Part shown: positions 26,092 through 52,582 of the stretch, piece after piece | Numbering within the stretch: the stretch's first letter is position 1 | How the letters are laid out: each line of letters starts with the position of its first letter | NCBI RefSeq assembly: GCF_964204645.1 | Contig: NC_134029.1 | Coordinates: forward strand, 5,394,001-5,458,000 | Source: Tubulanus polymorphus | Taxonomy: Eukaryota; Animalia; Nemertea | Length of the DNA stretch: 64,000 nucleotides | Direction of reading: 5' to 3' | The notes under the pieces: generated by a model | What the model saw: only the letters and a program-made list of their open reading frames with translations | What the model was told of the DNA's origin: nothing | Database searches by the model: none | Made by a program: the position numbers and the translations under genes

Positions 26092-27477
26092 CTATTTAAA
26101 ACCATGACCGATTACTTCATTTGACAATTTACTCGAAGGTGCCACGTTTTCTAGAATGATACAGTCCTTCAGATCGGTATTCTCGCCTATATGAACGTTA
26201 TCGCCGATTACGCAACCTTGAGCGTTACACGACTCGCTGACAGTCACGTGATTCATTACGATGCAGTTCGTCATGCGAACCTTTTCGCTGACGTTACAAT
26301 GTTTCCCGATGAACGACTTTTTAATCGTTACCTTTTCGCCGACGTTCGTCCATTCGCCGACCATACACTCGGTTCCTACTTGCGCTTTCTGAGGTACGTT
26401 CACCTGAGGATGAATGTTCGCCAGCTCCTTACCGGCGATCTCCGACAAAAACTTCGACGCCTGCCGATTGGCATCGCAAAACGCTGCCAGGTTATTGACG
26501 CGCATCAATAAACCGTCATCCATTACGTAACCGTAGCATCGGATCTTATTTCCGTGATAGCATTCGGCCATATCTCCGGAATGGTCGTTCCAAGTCGACC
26601 ACTCGCGAGCCAGTTTACACAACTCGTCCTCTTCTCCGTAATCGTACAAATCGCGCCCGTCGCCTTTCTGCGGACTATCCGCCATCGCGATGTTGATGTT
26701 CTCCTCGATCGCGTGAATCCCGTTGTTTTTCTGCGAGAACTGCTTCTTCACCAGATACGGCAGCAACTCGCCTTTGACGGTCGTCACCGATTTATGCTCG
26801 TGCAAGAAATCGACGACCCATTTTTTCAACAGATATAAATGTCCGTCGACGAGATCATTGCGTATGTCGATGCACGGATGTTTCCGGAAGATCGACTTAC
26901 GAAACGTGATATTCTCCTCGAAATCGGCCTCCGACGACAAGAACAACAAACGATTCCCGTGTTCTTGACTTTCGAGACCGACGAACTCGACTTCCGATTT
27001 CTTTTTCGATTTCGGCCCGGGCACGGCGATCGTTTCTGACGCGTAATCTTTACTCGCCGAGAGGAGCATCGTTAACGTGGCGTCGTGCGCGCGGTGAACG
27101 TCGGCGACTCGCTGTACGGAAACGTCGGAAATCAGATCGGAGCTGACGACGAGCACGTCGGTTTTGATTTTATCGCGTATGAATCTCAACGAATCGGCCG
27201 TGCCCCAGTCTTCTTCGTCCGGTATACTAACGAACTCTAATTTTACGTTGACTTGTAATTCGTCGACTAATACGCGTTCTATTGATTTGCGATGCCCGCG
27301 CTGAACGATAATAATCGCCTCTTCGAAGCCGGCTTTTTCGAGCATTTTTATCGGGTACCACACCATCGGTTTGTTTCCGACGGGAAGTAGAGCTTTCGGC
27401 GTTTTCGCGATGATCTCGGTCATCCTCGATCCCCGACCGGCGGCCATTATAATCGGTTGAAACTCCATTGTGAGCAT
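26092..27477 (-). CDS. EIF2B3: Translation initiation factor eIF2B subunit gamma, intronless CDS
   Basis: MEFQPIIMAAGRGSRM...PKALLPVGNKPMVWYP nucleotidyl-transferase-like N-terminus; DWGTADSLR, DVLVVSSDLI, DGHLYLLKKWV, KGELLPYLVKKQF; C-terminal left-handed beta-helix hexapeptide repeats. The conserved start is probably the ATG at 27468. Confidence 0.96.
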   Translation of the reverse strand: MLTMEFQPIIMAAGRGSRMTEIIAKTPKALLPVGNKPMVWYPIKMLEKAGFEEAIIIVQRGHRKSIERVLVDELQVNVKLEFVSIPDEEDWGTADSLRFIRDKIKTDVLVVSSDLISDVSVQRVADVHRAHDATLTMLLSASKDYASETIAVPGPKSKKKSEVEFVGLESQEHGNRLLFLSSEADFEENITFRKSIFRKHPCIDIRNDLVDGHLYLLKKWVVDFLHEHKSVTTVKGELLPYLVKKQFSQKNNGIHAIEENINIAMADSPQKGDGRDLYDYGEEDELCKLAREWSTWNDHSGDMAECYHGNKIRCYGYVMDDGLLMRVNNLAAFCDANRQASKFLSEIAGKELANIHPQVNVPQKAQVGTECMVGEWTNVGEKVTIKKSFIGKHCNVSEKVRMTNCIVMNHVTVSESCNAQGCVIGDNVHIGENTDLKDCIILENVAPSSKLSNEVIGHGFK

Positions 27478-27736
27478 TTGTAAGATTTTCTGAAACAGGA
27501 AAAAATACCAATGTAATCGTATCTAGTTCTGGCATAGAGTTAACTCTCGAGTTACCAGTCTTGGATCATCTTAGTTATTAGCTATGGCTGATCTTACAAT
27601 GTAAGACTAGACTTAAGATTTACGACTGCTTACTAAGGAACACCCGGTAAAATATGATTGACAGAATATCTGCGATGAAATCCAAAATCACAACCTGCAG
27701 AGAGACATCATTGAAAACTCACCAGTGTTGTTTGAA

Positions 27737-28006
27737 TCAGTGAAGATGGAGCCTTGATGGTTGATTAACTGGTAAAGGATCGTAGCCTATTCTTTCGTGC
27801 ACCGTTTCTGGTTTATTACGATTACCGTAAAACGGAATGACGGGACTCGTAGACGGATCACCCGCAGCCGACGATGTATTGCCACCAGGTGTCGTTGTCG
27901 TAGTATTGCTCAGTTCTTCTTTACGTTCTTTCTCGCGGCGTATGACTTCGTATTCTTCGAGATCGTCGAGTTTCAGCTCTATTCGAGTCGGTTTTCTACG
28001 GAGCAT
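27737..28006 (-). CDS. CDC26: Anaphase-promoting complex subunit CDC26 (APC12)
   Basis: N-terminus MLRRKPTRIELKLDDLEEYE is the CDC26 signature, with C-terminal HERIGY. The ORF sits in one exon with an acceptor at 28009 and a donor at 27722. Confidence 0.95.
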   Translation of the reverse strand: MLRRKPTRIELKLDDLEEYEVIRREKERKEELSNTTTTTPGGNTSSAAGDPSTSPVIPFYGNRNKPETVHERIGYDPLPVNQPSRLHLH

Positions 28007-29163
28007 GACTAGAGGGAGATATCAACGAAAAACATGGTTCAAATGAAATAGGAAAAAACCAGTGCCAGTTTAACAACAGACTCCCAGCGAGTAATCAACC
28101 TAAGTATTACTCAAATACTGAGTGGTGTATGGACAGACTAACCATATGAATATTGTACTACGTCGCATCTTAACAGATCGCGATCATTTTTCCCCCCAAA
28201 AAAATTCAGACCGAAAAAATCTCTTTTACTTTCATTTAAACCGAATGAAATCAGATTCAATAAGGATCTCAGCGTTTTGCGAGATGAAATATGTTACGAA
28301 TTTTCTAAAAAGTACCTGCATTTTTACCGGAAATGACAGTGTGGAGCTGCCGTATTTTCTTCACCGAAAACGACCACGAATTGCACTAAGTACCGAAAGT
28401 AACGGTTCGGATATTGTGACAATACGGGCCCGCGCCGGCATAATCCGCCATCAAGACCCACTATATCACATCCCATCTCTTGTAGTTAATTCCCTCATTT
28501 CATTTGGATTTATTCTTTTATCTTTTTAAAATTTTCATTGCAAGAAATATTTTTGGAGGGCACATCTGAGCTCTGAAGGGGGCTGTACTAGTCCAATCTC
28601 CTAAATTGTGATCTCTTGATTTCCACATCCCAAGATTGCTTTGCTTTGAACAAAGGAATGGAATTGAACACATCTTTTTTTCTTGTTTATCATGCTTTTA
28701 TTAAAACAAAATACTCTCAATATTAATAAGAGGAGGGATTTTGTGAATTGTGAACAAGAAATATTTCAAAATATACATCAAACTACCACAATAAATGCTC
28801 TTTTATTTCATTTCTTAGGTATATATGCGTTTTTATTTGCTTACAGGAAGATAATTTTTCTGCGAACAAAGCGCCGCAACGCGGCTTTCTTCTTATCATA
28901 AAGCTCGATCCTCTTAATCAAATATAGTTCATCGTGAAGCCTTTAAGGATGCTGCGCCATACACGACACCAGTCATCATTCAGCATTAATTATACATTAG
29001 TAAAACATCGAATCGTATCCGTTGCATTATTCATGTGAAACGAAGATAATAGTTGAGCCCCGCGTCGCCGACATGAACACAGGAAATTACGTATTGCTGA
29101 TATAATTATCTCTATATAGTACGGAGAATGCTGCGAGCGCCACTATATTCGGTTCAGTTATCA

Positions 29164-43160
<13,997 letters not shown>

Positions 43161-44658
43161 CTTGGATTTCTCTTCACTGACGGTGACGCCTTCTATAGTT
43201 TAGGCGGAAAAGCTAAATGGCGGCACACGGCCTGGACTTAAACCGGGTATTCTCCGACCGGCGCTCCGCTAACTGGCATCTAAAAAAAACAAAGATACAA
43301 AAACCCATGTAAGAAAATATTCAAATAATTGCAGATGAACTCAAAAGTGCCCAGGGAACTCGGGATGGATTCGAATTCCAATTTAATCCCGATGGAACAC
43401 TTGTATACATAAAATGCTTAATTATTAAAAGGTTGAAGCGATTCTCAGAAGTGTCGAATTATTCCTGATCTTTTCTGGTGCCAAAGAATCCGACAAACTG
43501 GCGCACGGGGTACGTTCCATGGCCGGGAGAAACACCGGAATGCACTAGGGACGCCCGGAGGTATAATGATGCTTCATCGTGGCTGTCCACTCCGCTTTGT
43601 AACAATATTGCCGATAATTAAATAACGCTTGGTAAATTGACGCTGTGGGATCTGGCCACAGAATCGAACTAGAGATCGCATACGAATCGTGGTTAGAGAT
43701 GTGTCGACCTGATGTCTGTATTTGTCTTAATGTGTTCACTTAGATGCTGTGAATTAAACAAATAGGATAATGGCTTATAGTCAGGTATGCAGTTGATTTT
43801 TTGTCTTTGATAATTCTGTAAAACTGTTTCGTTCGAATTTATTTCATTTTTCTAGGTTACAACTATATATACCTATACATTTATACATACCGGTATTCTA
43901 CTTCGGTCGGACAATCAAGTCCAAGATTTATACCTTCTTTTGGAATATCGCCTTACAAAGGTGTATTTTATTTCAATGTGTCTCTGCCAACCCCAGTCGT
44001 TAATTTTTACTGTATATGTGATTTATTGGCTATATATTCTAGTTTCATATCTGGGGGATATAGCCATTCCGACGACGTGGGTTGGAATATCAGAATAAAA
44101 AAACTCGAAATCCTTATCTATCTATTGAGAAAATGAAAAATAGATACATCGTGATAACAAGAAAGAAAATGTACGCGTACGAATCTCGCGTCGAGAAGTA
44201 TATTTCTGCTTCTTTTGAGATTTTTATCGACAACGCATTTGTATGATGGTTATATATATGGAATATAGACAATATATATGTAACAAAGAAGAAAAGGCAT
44301 GTTCGATATATATATACATTACCCTCTTGTTTAGCGACGATCTGTATATCAAAATGAACCTGTCTTTTTGTCGCTCAACACTGATCTTAAGTTCCCCCAT
44401 CGATACAGTTCCAGAATATTCATTTAATGGATACTATAAAGGTCACTCATGCAATTGCTATTTAAAACATACATGTCAATGTTTAAAGATTCCGATAAAA
44501 TTGATATACCATTCATACTATTTTGAATTTTTTTTCATGCAGATAAAAATCTATCTAAGTAGCATGGTTCTAACTTTGATCTTGAAAATTTCATTTGCAG
44601 GAATGAAGCTCGAATCGACCACGTCATTTCCCATCGCACCAAATCGAGGAGACGACGT

Positions 44659-46169
44659 ATGAATTCAACAACTGCGGCGGAAAATGTGTTCATCTGCAGA
44701 GACTGGGCTCGAGTATCGGGTCTTCTATATCAGTTCACTTCGATCATATTCTTCATTTCATTCCTGATTCCGAATCAGTTCGAGTATCATTCGATTTTAT
44801 TTCGCATATTTACGATGCTCGGTCAGGCGAGCATGGCTCTCTGTGCTCTACTAACCTGTGCTCCGGACACGCTTATATGGAGTTTCCTACACATGCTTAT
44901 AAACACCATCTTATTATCGCGTAGCGTGGCAAACACTTTCCCGCTTCTCGTGAAAAGACGTTTGAGAAACGCCTATTCGTTTCTTTTCAAACCGTTGGGC
45001 GTCAGTCAGAAGGTTTTTAACGAACTAACAGAATTCGGTGAAATATTAGAAATTGAAGAAGATGGAGTTTATGCCATGGAAGATGTGACGAATTGCGATG
45101 ACCGCATTTCGTTACTCGTTAGTGGCAGGTAAATGAATTACTTCCACGCGATAACCCGATAAAATCACACTGTATGATCCATGGGCAAAATAAAAAAGGA
45201 TATGTCTGCATTAATTCTAGGTTTAAAGTAACATCGAGTAAAGCCTTGCTTCATTATGTGATACCGAACCATTTCCTCGACTCATTAGAATACGAGAATA
45301 CCAGACATCAGCGACATCGAACCGCACTTCCTTACCAGGTACATCCCCGACTAGACAGCGAATGGTGTAGCTTGAAATGTTGTTTGATATCTCCTGTGTT
45401 ATGATATTTTCAGGTATCTATCACTGCTGTACAAGACAGTTTCGTGCTTACGTGGCAACTCCGTCCATTGAACAGATACCTCAAGAGAAACCCGACGCTA
45501 AAAAATGTATTCCTGCACATTATTGGGGCCGATATTACTCGTAAAATCCAAGAACAATGCAAGCTGGAAGATTTTATCTACCGAAATACCATCAAACGCA
45601 CTAGCGAACTTCACAAACAATATTTGCCTCGGATGAAATCGACTGATTTGCATTCGATACCTGTAATCGAAATTTTGACGCCGCGAAGTAAATCTACGCA
45701 AAACGTGCGAATTAGTGATGGGCTCGCTTGGCGCAGAGATGAATTAAGTCCTAGTCAAAGATCAGCATCTGTACACTTACAGGACCGACGCAAGGACTGC
45801 TGTACGCGCAACGACGATAACGGAGTTTCGCAGGAGTCTCTGACCACATTGGCAAGAATAAGAGCATCGCGTTTCAAATACGTGTTATCAACGGATTTTC
45901 CTTTCATACGTAGTGCTGATAGCGAAAGGTTTTTCGACGCTTCGGGCTTGAACGACGCCCATATAAACCTCGATCGTTCGCCGTTGCGGTGTAAAATAAT
46001 GCCGTCGCCTACTTCCCCGTGTCTCGCACGATGCAACCAGACAAATGAGAATTTAGACGAATGTCGTTCATTTGAGCTTGTCAACTCTTGTCCAACGATT
46101 GGCCAAGATCCATTAAGTGGCCTGTTGAAATCGGATGATATACCAAAACCACCTGATAGGTTTTTATAA
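44659..46169 (+). CDS. Popeye domain-containing protein (BVES/POPDC family), 3 coding exons
   Basis: Exons 44659-45129, 45221-45338 and 45414-46169. N-terminal NST glycosylation site, C.DW, three TM segments, CAPDTLIWS, YSFLFKPLGVS, YAMEDVT..DDRISLLVSGR, FLDSLEY and YQVSITA (Popeye cAMP-binding domain), IIGADITRK, then a long low-conservation tail. Confidence 0.88.
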
Positions 46170-46540
46170 ATTCATTTTATTCTTCCTAGCGAAAGGAACA
46201 TGATATGACAAAAAGATATAAAAGATATCATTACGTATGTGTCAAATTTAGTTTTAAAATGTCTTCTATATAGGTGCGGGTCAGAAACTGTGTGCATATA
46301 TGTTTTCATTTAGGAAATATGTCATTTTCTATAGTATATGGGGAAAGCATTGGGAAGCGTTTTTCAGAGCCGTATTATCTTAATTATCCTATATGATAAA
46401 CCGTAGTGCGATATGTAGGCGGGATATTGTCATTGGATTTTTTAATGTGTTTTTATTATTTTTTAAGTATGATAGGCTTTGAAAAAGGCAATAAAGAGTT
46501 GTATTTAATTCTAGTGCATATAGATAGACGTAATTGTTGA

Positions 46541-47574
46541 TTATGCGCGACAATCCGGTACAGATTTCGATCCCCACCAGAAACCAACAACTTTCTTCCA
46601 ACAGATCTTTTTATAATCCATTCCTTGTGCACCGTTGCAGTCACTGTCTGATTTGCAACGAACTTTGTAGCTACCCATTTTAGGGATCCATTTGTCCATA
46701 TAAGTTCCAGATTTTTTCATTTCCTTTTTGACGGTAATCCAACACCTGGTCTTGGAATTTTCCCCGCACTGTCGCCAGCAGTTCTTTATTGCCCCGCTAT
46801 CCTGAAATCAACATCGTCAACACGATTTATTATCAATATCATGATGTACCGATTGAAAATGTCGCGCGTAAGAACATTTAACAACGTATAGAAGCTATAT
46901 GATTAAATATAAAATGTGGGAGACTACGTTGTTTTTCAAAGCATCCCGGTGGTGGCCGTTTCACAGACCGACTTGACTCCATCGAATGCATTTATTTTAA
47001 GTCGTTCTAGTGAAACGCTGAACCATGAACCATTTGTGCTTTCATTTGAAATAATATACGAAGGTCGTTTCAAAAAGACTGCAAATTTCAGTTTGCAAAC
47101 GATGCAGATACTAATGATGAATAGAAATTAATGGAGGTCAACTTACGATGCGGCACCCATAACTCATACCATACTTGTCACAGCTTCCTCCATACTTGCA
47201 GCCTCCATGTTTACGCCGTACCAATCTGTCTACTTCTGAAATTATTCAACGAACACTCACTGCAGTCGACCGTGAAGACTAGTACCTGAACCTTGGAAGA
47301 GTTTAAGCCAATCATTTCAAATATTACATTGTGGAAATACATTGTGTCGATTCTTGTTTTTACACAATTTTGCCAAGATTATCTGATATTGTCAAGAAAA
47401 ATACCAACCCGAAAGCTCTTCCTGCTCCTCGGTTTCCTGCTTTTCCTGGGCAATGCTGCGACCCATTTCATCGAGCAATTCACCTAACTCATCAATAGCT
47501 GCATCTTCAACAGTCTCACCTAGGACACACGCAGCCAAGCCCAAGAATGAGATGGACAATATCCACAATCTCAT
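46541..47574 (-). CDS. Secreted Cys-rich prepropeptide A (171 aa, 10 Cys in the mature region), toxin or antimicrobial-like
   Basis: Exons 47574-47409, 47235-47147 and 46801-46541 splice in frame. Signal peptide MRLWILSISFLGLAACVLG, acidic pro-region, LVRRK site, then HGGCKYGGSCDKYGMSYGCRIDSGAIKNCWRQCGENSKTRCWITVKKEMKKSGTYMDKWIPKMGSYKVRCKSDSDCNGAQGMDYKKICWKKVVGFWWGSKSVPDCRA*. Confidence 0.85.
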
Positions 47575-49688
47575 TATGTCCAGCTATTTTGTCTTGGAAA
47601 AATATTCTCTACAAAAAAGAATCACGGGAACATTCTCCCGCGCGGTCATCAATTAACTTATCTAGATACATATCGAAATTGCAATCTTAAAATTTCAAAA
47701 GTTTCGAAAAGATAAGCTTATAATAATGGCCTATTGAAGAATGAATTGTGTTTTGTAGCCAATGTGTATCAATGTTATCTACTGTAAAGATATCTTTTAA
47801 CTTATATGTATAGAATATCATCTACTCAATTACGATAAAATCGAAATAAATCGAATATAGGAAACTGACAAAAGTAATGACGATTGAACATAAACATTAG
47901 AATAAACATTAAATTTCATAAACTGAAATACACGAATATCAAGAAATCGCATTTTGTCAGTTACCTTCCGTTCAATCCCACGCCTTAACGTCGACTGCGA
48001 TTTTCAAATAATTATCTATAGTTAATCAGGGCACTAATTCCAATCAACAGGGTCTTTTTTCTCATAAACCTGAAAAAAAGTTCTTGTCTGGGCCTCACGG
48101 TCGGTCGTCAAACATCAATCAAATTAGATTCGCAGTGACCTACAACTATGACAAGACATATTATGAACTCATCAAAGAAAATGTGTATGGAAAATAACAG
48201 ATCGGTTCACATCATTTCATTTTTTTTAAATAACAACTACTAGTTTTTTTTACTTCAATGGGGCAATCAAGTTCAAGCTATTACTAGTTTCTTTTAGAAT
48301 ATTGCCCTATAAAATAGTTTCTTGGTGGATTCTATTCAAGTGTTTCTTAGACATCACCACATAGAATACAAAAATTCGGCTAGTTTGAAAAGGAGACCTC
48401 GATGGAGCAAAGTGAATGATGAAAAATATCAATACAAGTGCTGTTATTGGGGGTTGGATGGGAATCCAGATAACCCTCCCTGAATTATGATAGGCTAAAA
48501 AGTCTTGACCGACCTTTCATGCAATCATTTTCCCAAAACTCTGCTGGATAATATCTCTTAAATTAAAACTTCCCGGCTGAGGTACCATTCCAATGGAGAA
48601 AATGGTCTGGATTTATTCAAAGCGCCCTTCAAAAAGTTGGTATTGTTTTTTCTCATCTATTCTGTCGCAAGATTGCGGTAGTATAGCTAAATGCTCAAAA
48701 TTCACCGCCGTATTGTAGTTACATGCATGTGCGCACGGTAGAAACGACCATTAGAATTCCGTAGAAAATTAAAGGCAAAATGTTCACAAAAAAATACTAT
48801 GAAAACATTATCAAGTTGTTCTGAGATAACGCCTAAAACCTGTAGGTGAATGTTTTCTCTCGATCAATACCAAAAAACAACCACTTCCATGGCTCTTCAC
48901 AAAAATACCCAACGACTCACTCTTATAATAGAAGATTGACTACTGTACCTGTAGAAAACTCTGCGACACGCACACGTATATCCCAGATACAAATGACATA
49001 GAATTTATTTCCAATACTGTATTTAGATTAAATTTTTGTATTGGTACAAATAATGCGTAAATGCATAAACCGTAACAACAGGATATACAGATAAGCTTGC
49101 TTACAACAGTACATATCGCAAGCAACCATTCCGGTGATCAAAATCTAAAAATTTCGGATCTTTTTTTCCTATTCGGAAAATGAAAAGTAGATTCATCATG
49201 ATCACAAGAAAAGAAATGTACGCCCGAGTCTCAGTAACGGGAACCGAATCTGGAAGTAGACTTCAACCTCTTTTGAGATTTTTGCCCATACGTTATACCT
49301 CGATTATATGGAATTATTTCGCTCGCGCAAATAGAATAATATTCACATGACAAATCCAGTAAATCAACTTTATTCTTCACAGCAAAAAGAACATGATATG
49401 AGTCAAGAATTATGCGGAATGAAAGATTCCATTAAGTGAAATTGAGTAAATAATCTACATGTGCGGGTCAGAAACTTTGTGCATATGCTATAAGAGAAAT
49501 GTCAATTAGAAACGTTTTTCAGAGCCGCGTGATAAACCTTAGTTTGATAGGTAGACGTTTTCAGATTTGACATTTCTCATATGTGTATTTTATTATTTTT
49601 GAAAATAAGTATTTTGGGCTTTGAAAAACGCAATAAAGTTGTTTCTTAGATTTCAATAGTGCACGCATATTGATCGACGATTTATTGA

Positions 49689-50776
<1,088 letters not shown>

Positions 50777-51212
50777 TATGTCCAGCTATTGTTTTTTTTC
50801 TTGCCGAAAGCTAAATAATTTACAAAAGTGAATGATAAGAATAAAAATCCCGCGCGCTCATTTAACTAATCTTAGTACCTATAGATTGCAATTTTAGAAT
50901 TTCAAAGGTTTTCGAAAAGTTCTGCTGGATTGTTTGTCAGAAAGTATCATTACGATACATGTAGCAATTGTGACCAGAACGAAAGAATGAATGTATTCTA
51001 CTCAGGCATTCAATTTATTCATATTTGTAAAGAAAATAATAAAAAAAAAACAAAACAAATAAAAATATCATTGAGAATTGAAAAGAAAAAGTTAAGTTTA
51101 GGATCCTAACAAAAACACATGAAGTTTAAAAATTAAACATTATATTTCATAAAATGAAATACTTATGAAATATATATGTGCACATGTAATATCAAGCTAT
51201 CACATTTTGTCA

Positions 51213-51272
51213 TACCTTCCGTTCAGATCCTCGTCTTGGCGAAGACTGAGATTTCTTTTAAAGATATTTATA
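51213..51272 (-). promoter_or_regulatory. TATA box and short non-coding first exon of prepropeptide B
   Basis: Minus-strand TATAAATA at 51272-51265 and a donor aag|gtatg at about 51215. A homologous block (tatagata, aag|gtaac) lies at about 47960-48025 upstream of copy A. Confidence 0.5.
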
Positions 51273-51550
51273 GTTAATCAGCGCATTAATTTCAATTATC
51301 ACCAAGGTGTTCTTGTCTGGGCACGGGACCCATGGTCGTCGCTCACTATTCATAGTTAATGTGCAGCGTCCTGAAACTAAGATATCATAAACTCATTATA
51401 ATAGAATAAGGTTTATAAACGTAAAGTTCAAACGTATTGAACCTCGGTGACCGGAAATCTAATTCTGTAAAGTATTAATAACCAAAATGTTTTCAAACTG
51501 GATTATAATAGAGGGCAATCCCACTACCTTGAGGCTTGAAAATTGAACTA

Positions 51551-51724
51551 CAGTTGAACCTCGTTAATACGATTCTGTTTAAGACGAAGCCAGTTTCATT
51601 ACGATGATTTCCAGCATGTCCCAGCTAACATATCTATATCAATCAAGTTTTGGATACAACGAAACCCGTTTCATACGACAATTTTACTTTAGCCCACAAG
51701 TTTCGTATTAACGAGGTTCCATTT
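51551..51724. mobile_element. Tc1/mariner/pogo-type MITE
   Basis: TA-cagttgaacctcgttaatacga ... tcgtattaacgaggttccattt inverted ends. Confidence 0.6.
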
Positions 51725-52582
51725 TATTATAAATGGTATATTCTTTACATTGATATTCGAATATTACATCGCTATATCAAAATGATATTTCATTTAAGAA
51801 TGAGTCATGTTGTCCACACATGTACGTTAACTTCTCTGATAATCTGAAATACACAAAAAATCGAATGGCCAAAAAGACAGGAGTTATATGGAGGTATACT
51901 TCGATTCGATTCGTGTAGAAGACGGTCACGTCGGACTATATTTTCGAATAACTTATACACAGGCTTTGGAAAGTTATGTTTAACCACGTCAACCACCAAT
52001 CGTTATCAATGTTTGCTTTGCCATTGCTGTTAAGGTTGTCAAGACAATGTCCTTGTCATTTTTATTGCGGGTACTGTCGGTCGAGACGACATTCCAGTGA
52101 GCCAAGCGAAACAGTTCTGCCAACTGACAATTTTGGCCTTTGAAAGACTGAAAAACTCAACTGAACCGTTAAAAGCGGCCACCGTTGAAAATTAGTAAGT
52201 TCACGACGCATGAATTAAATCTTTGTCTGGACATAAACAAGTTTACACGTCCAGATGGTCGATGTTTGGTCAGGTTGGCCGTCATTATACTAACGTAAAA
52301 CACCGATTGGAGCTTGGATGCTCAAAGACGTCCCCTTTTGATTAGAATTCCTCTGTCATTTAGTTTTTTTTTTTAGAATGACCATTTAAGGCCTATGAGT
52401 AGTCGAGTTGTCGACTGTGGCAATCGAGCAAGTGTATATTCACCGGCAACATCTACACCGATCAGTTTACGATGTTGGTTAGTTTACAGGCATCCAGGTT
52501 CACCATACATGATGGAGTTGCATATGAGCTATCCACGTTCCCCTCTCGACCCGTTACTCTCTCGACCCGTTCCCGTCTCGAC

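Noticed and set aside
26191-27535. Multiple ORFs antisense or off-frame to EIF2B3 (likewise within GATAD2, the GPCRs, ACOT and FASTKD5)
   Set aside because: Expected shadow ORFs of GC-richer coding sequence with no independent signals.
47240-47290. Apparent micro-exon (cag|...ctgca|gtgagt) partly conserved in both peptide genes
   Set aside because: The following intron would be only about 25 nt, and inclusion breaks the frame. Skipping it gives a clean ORF.
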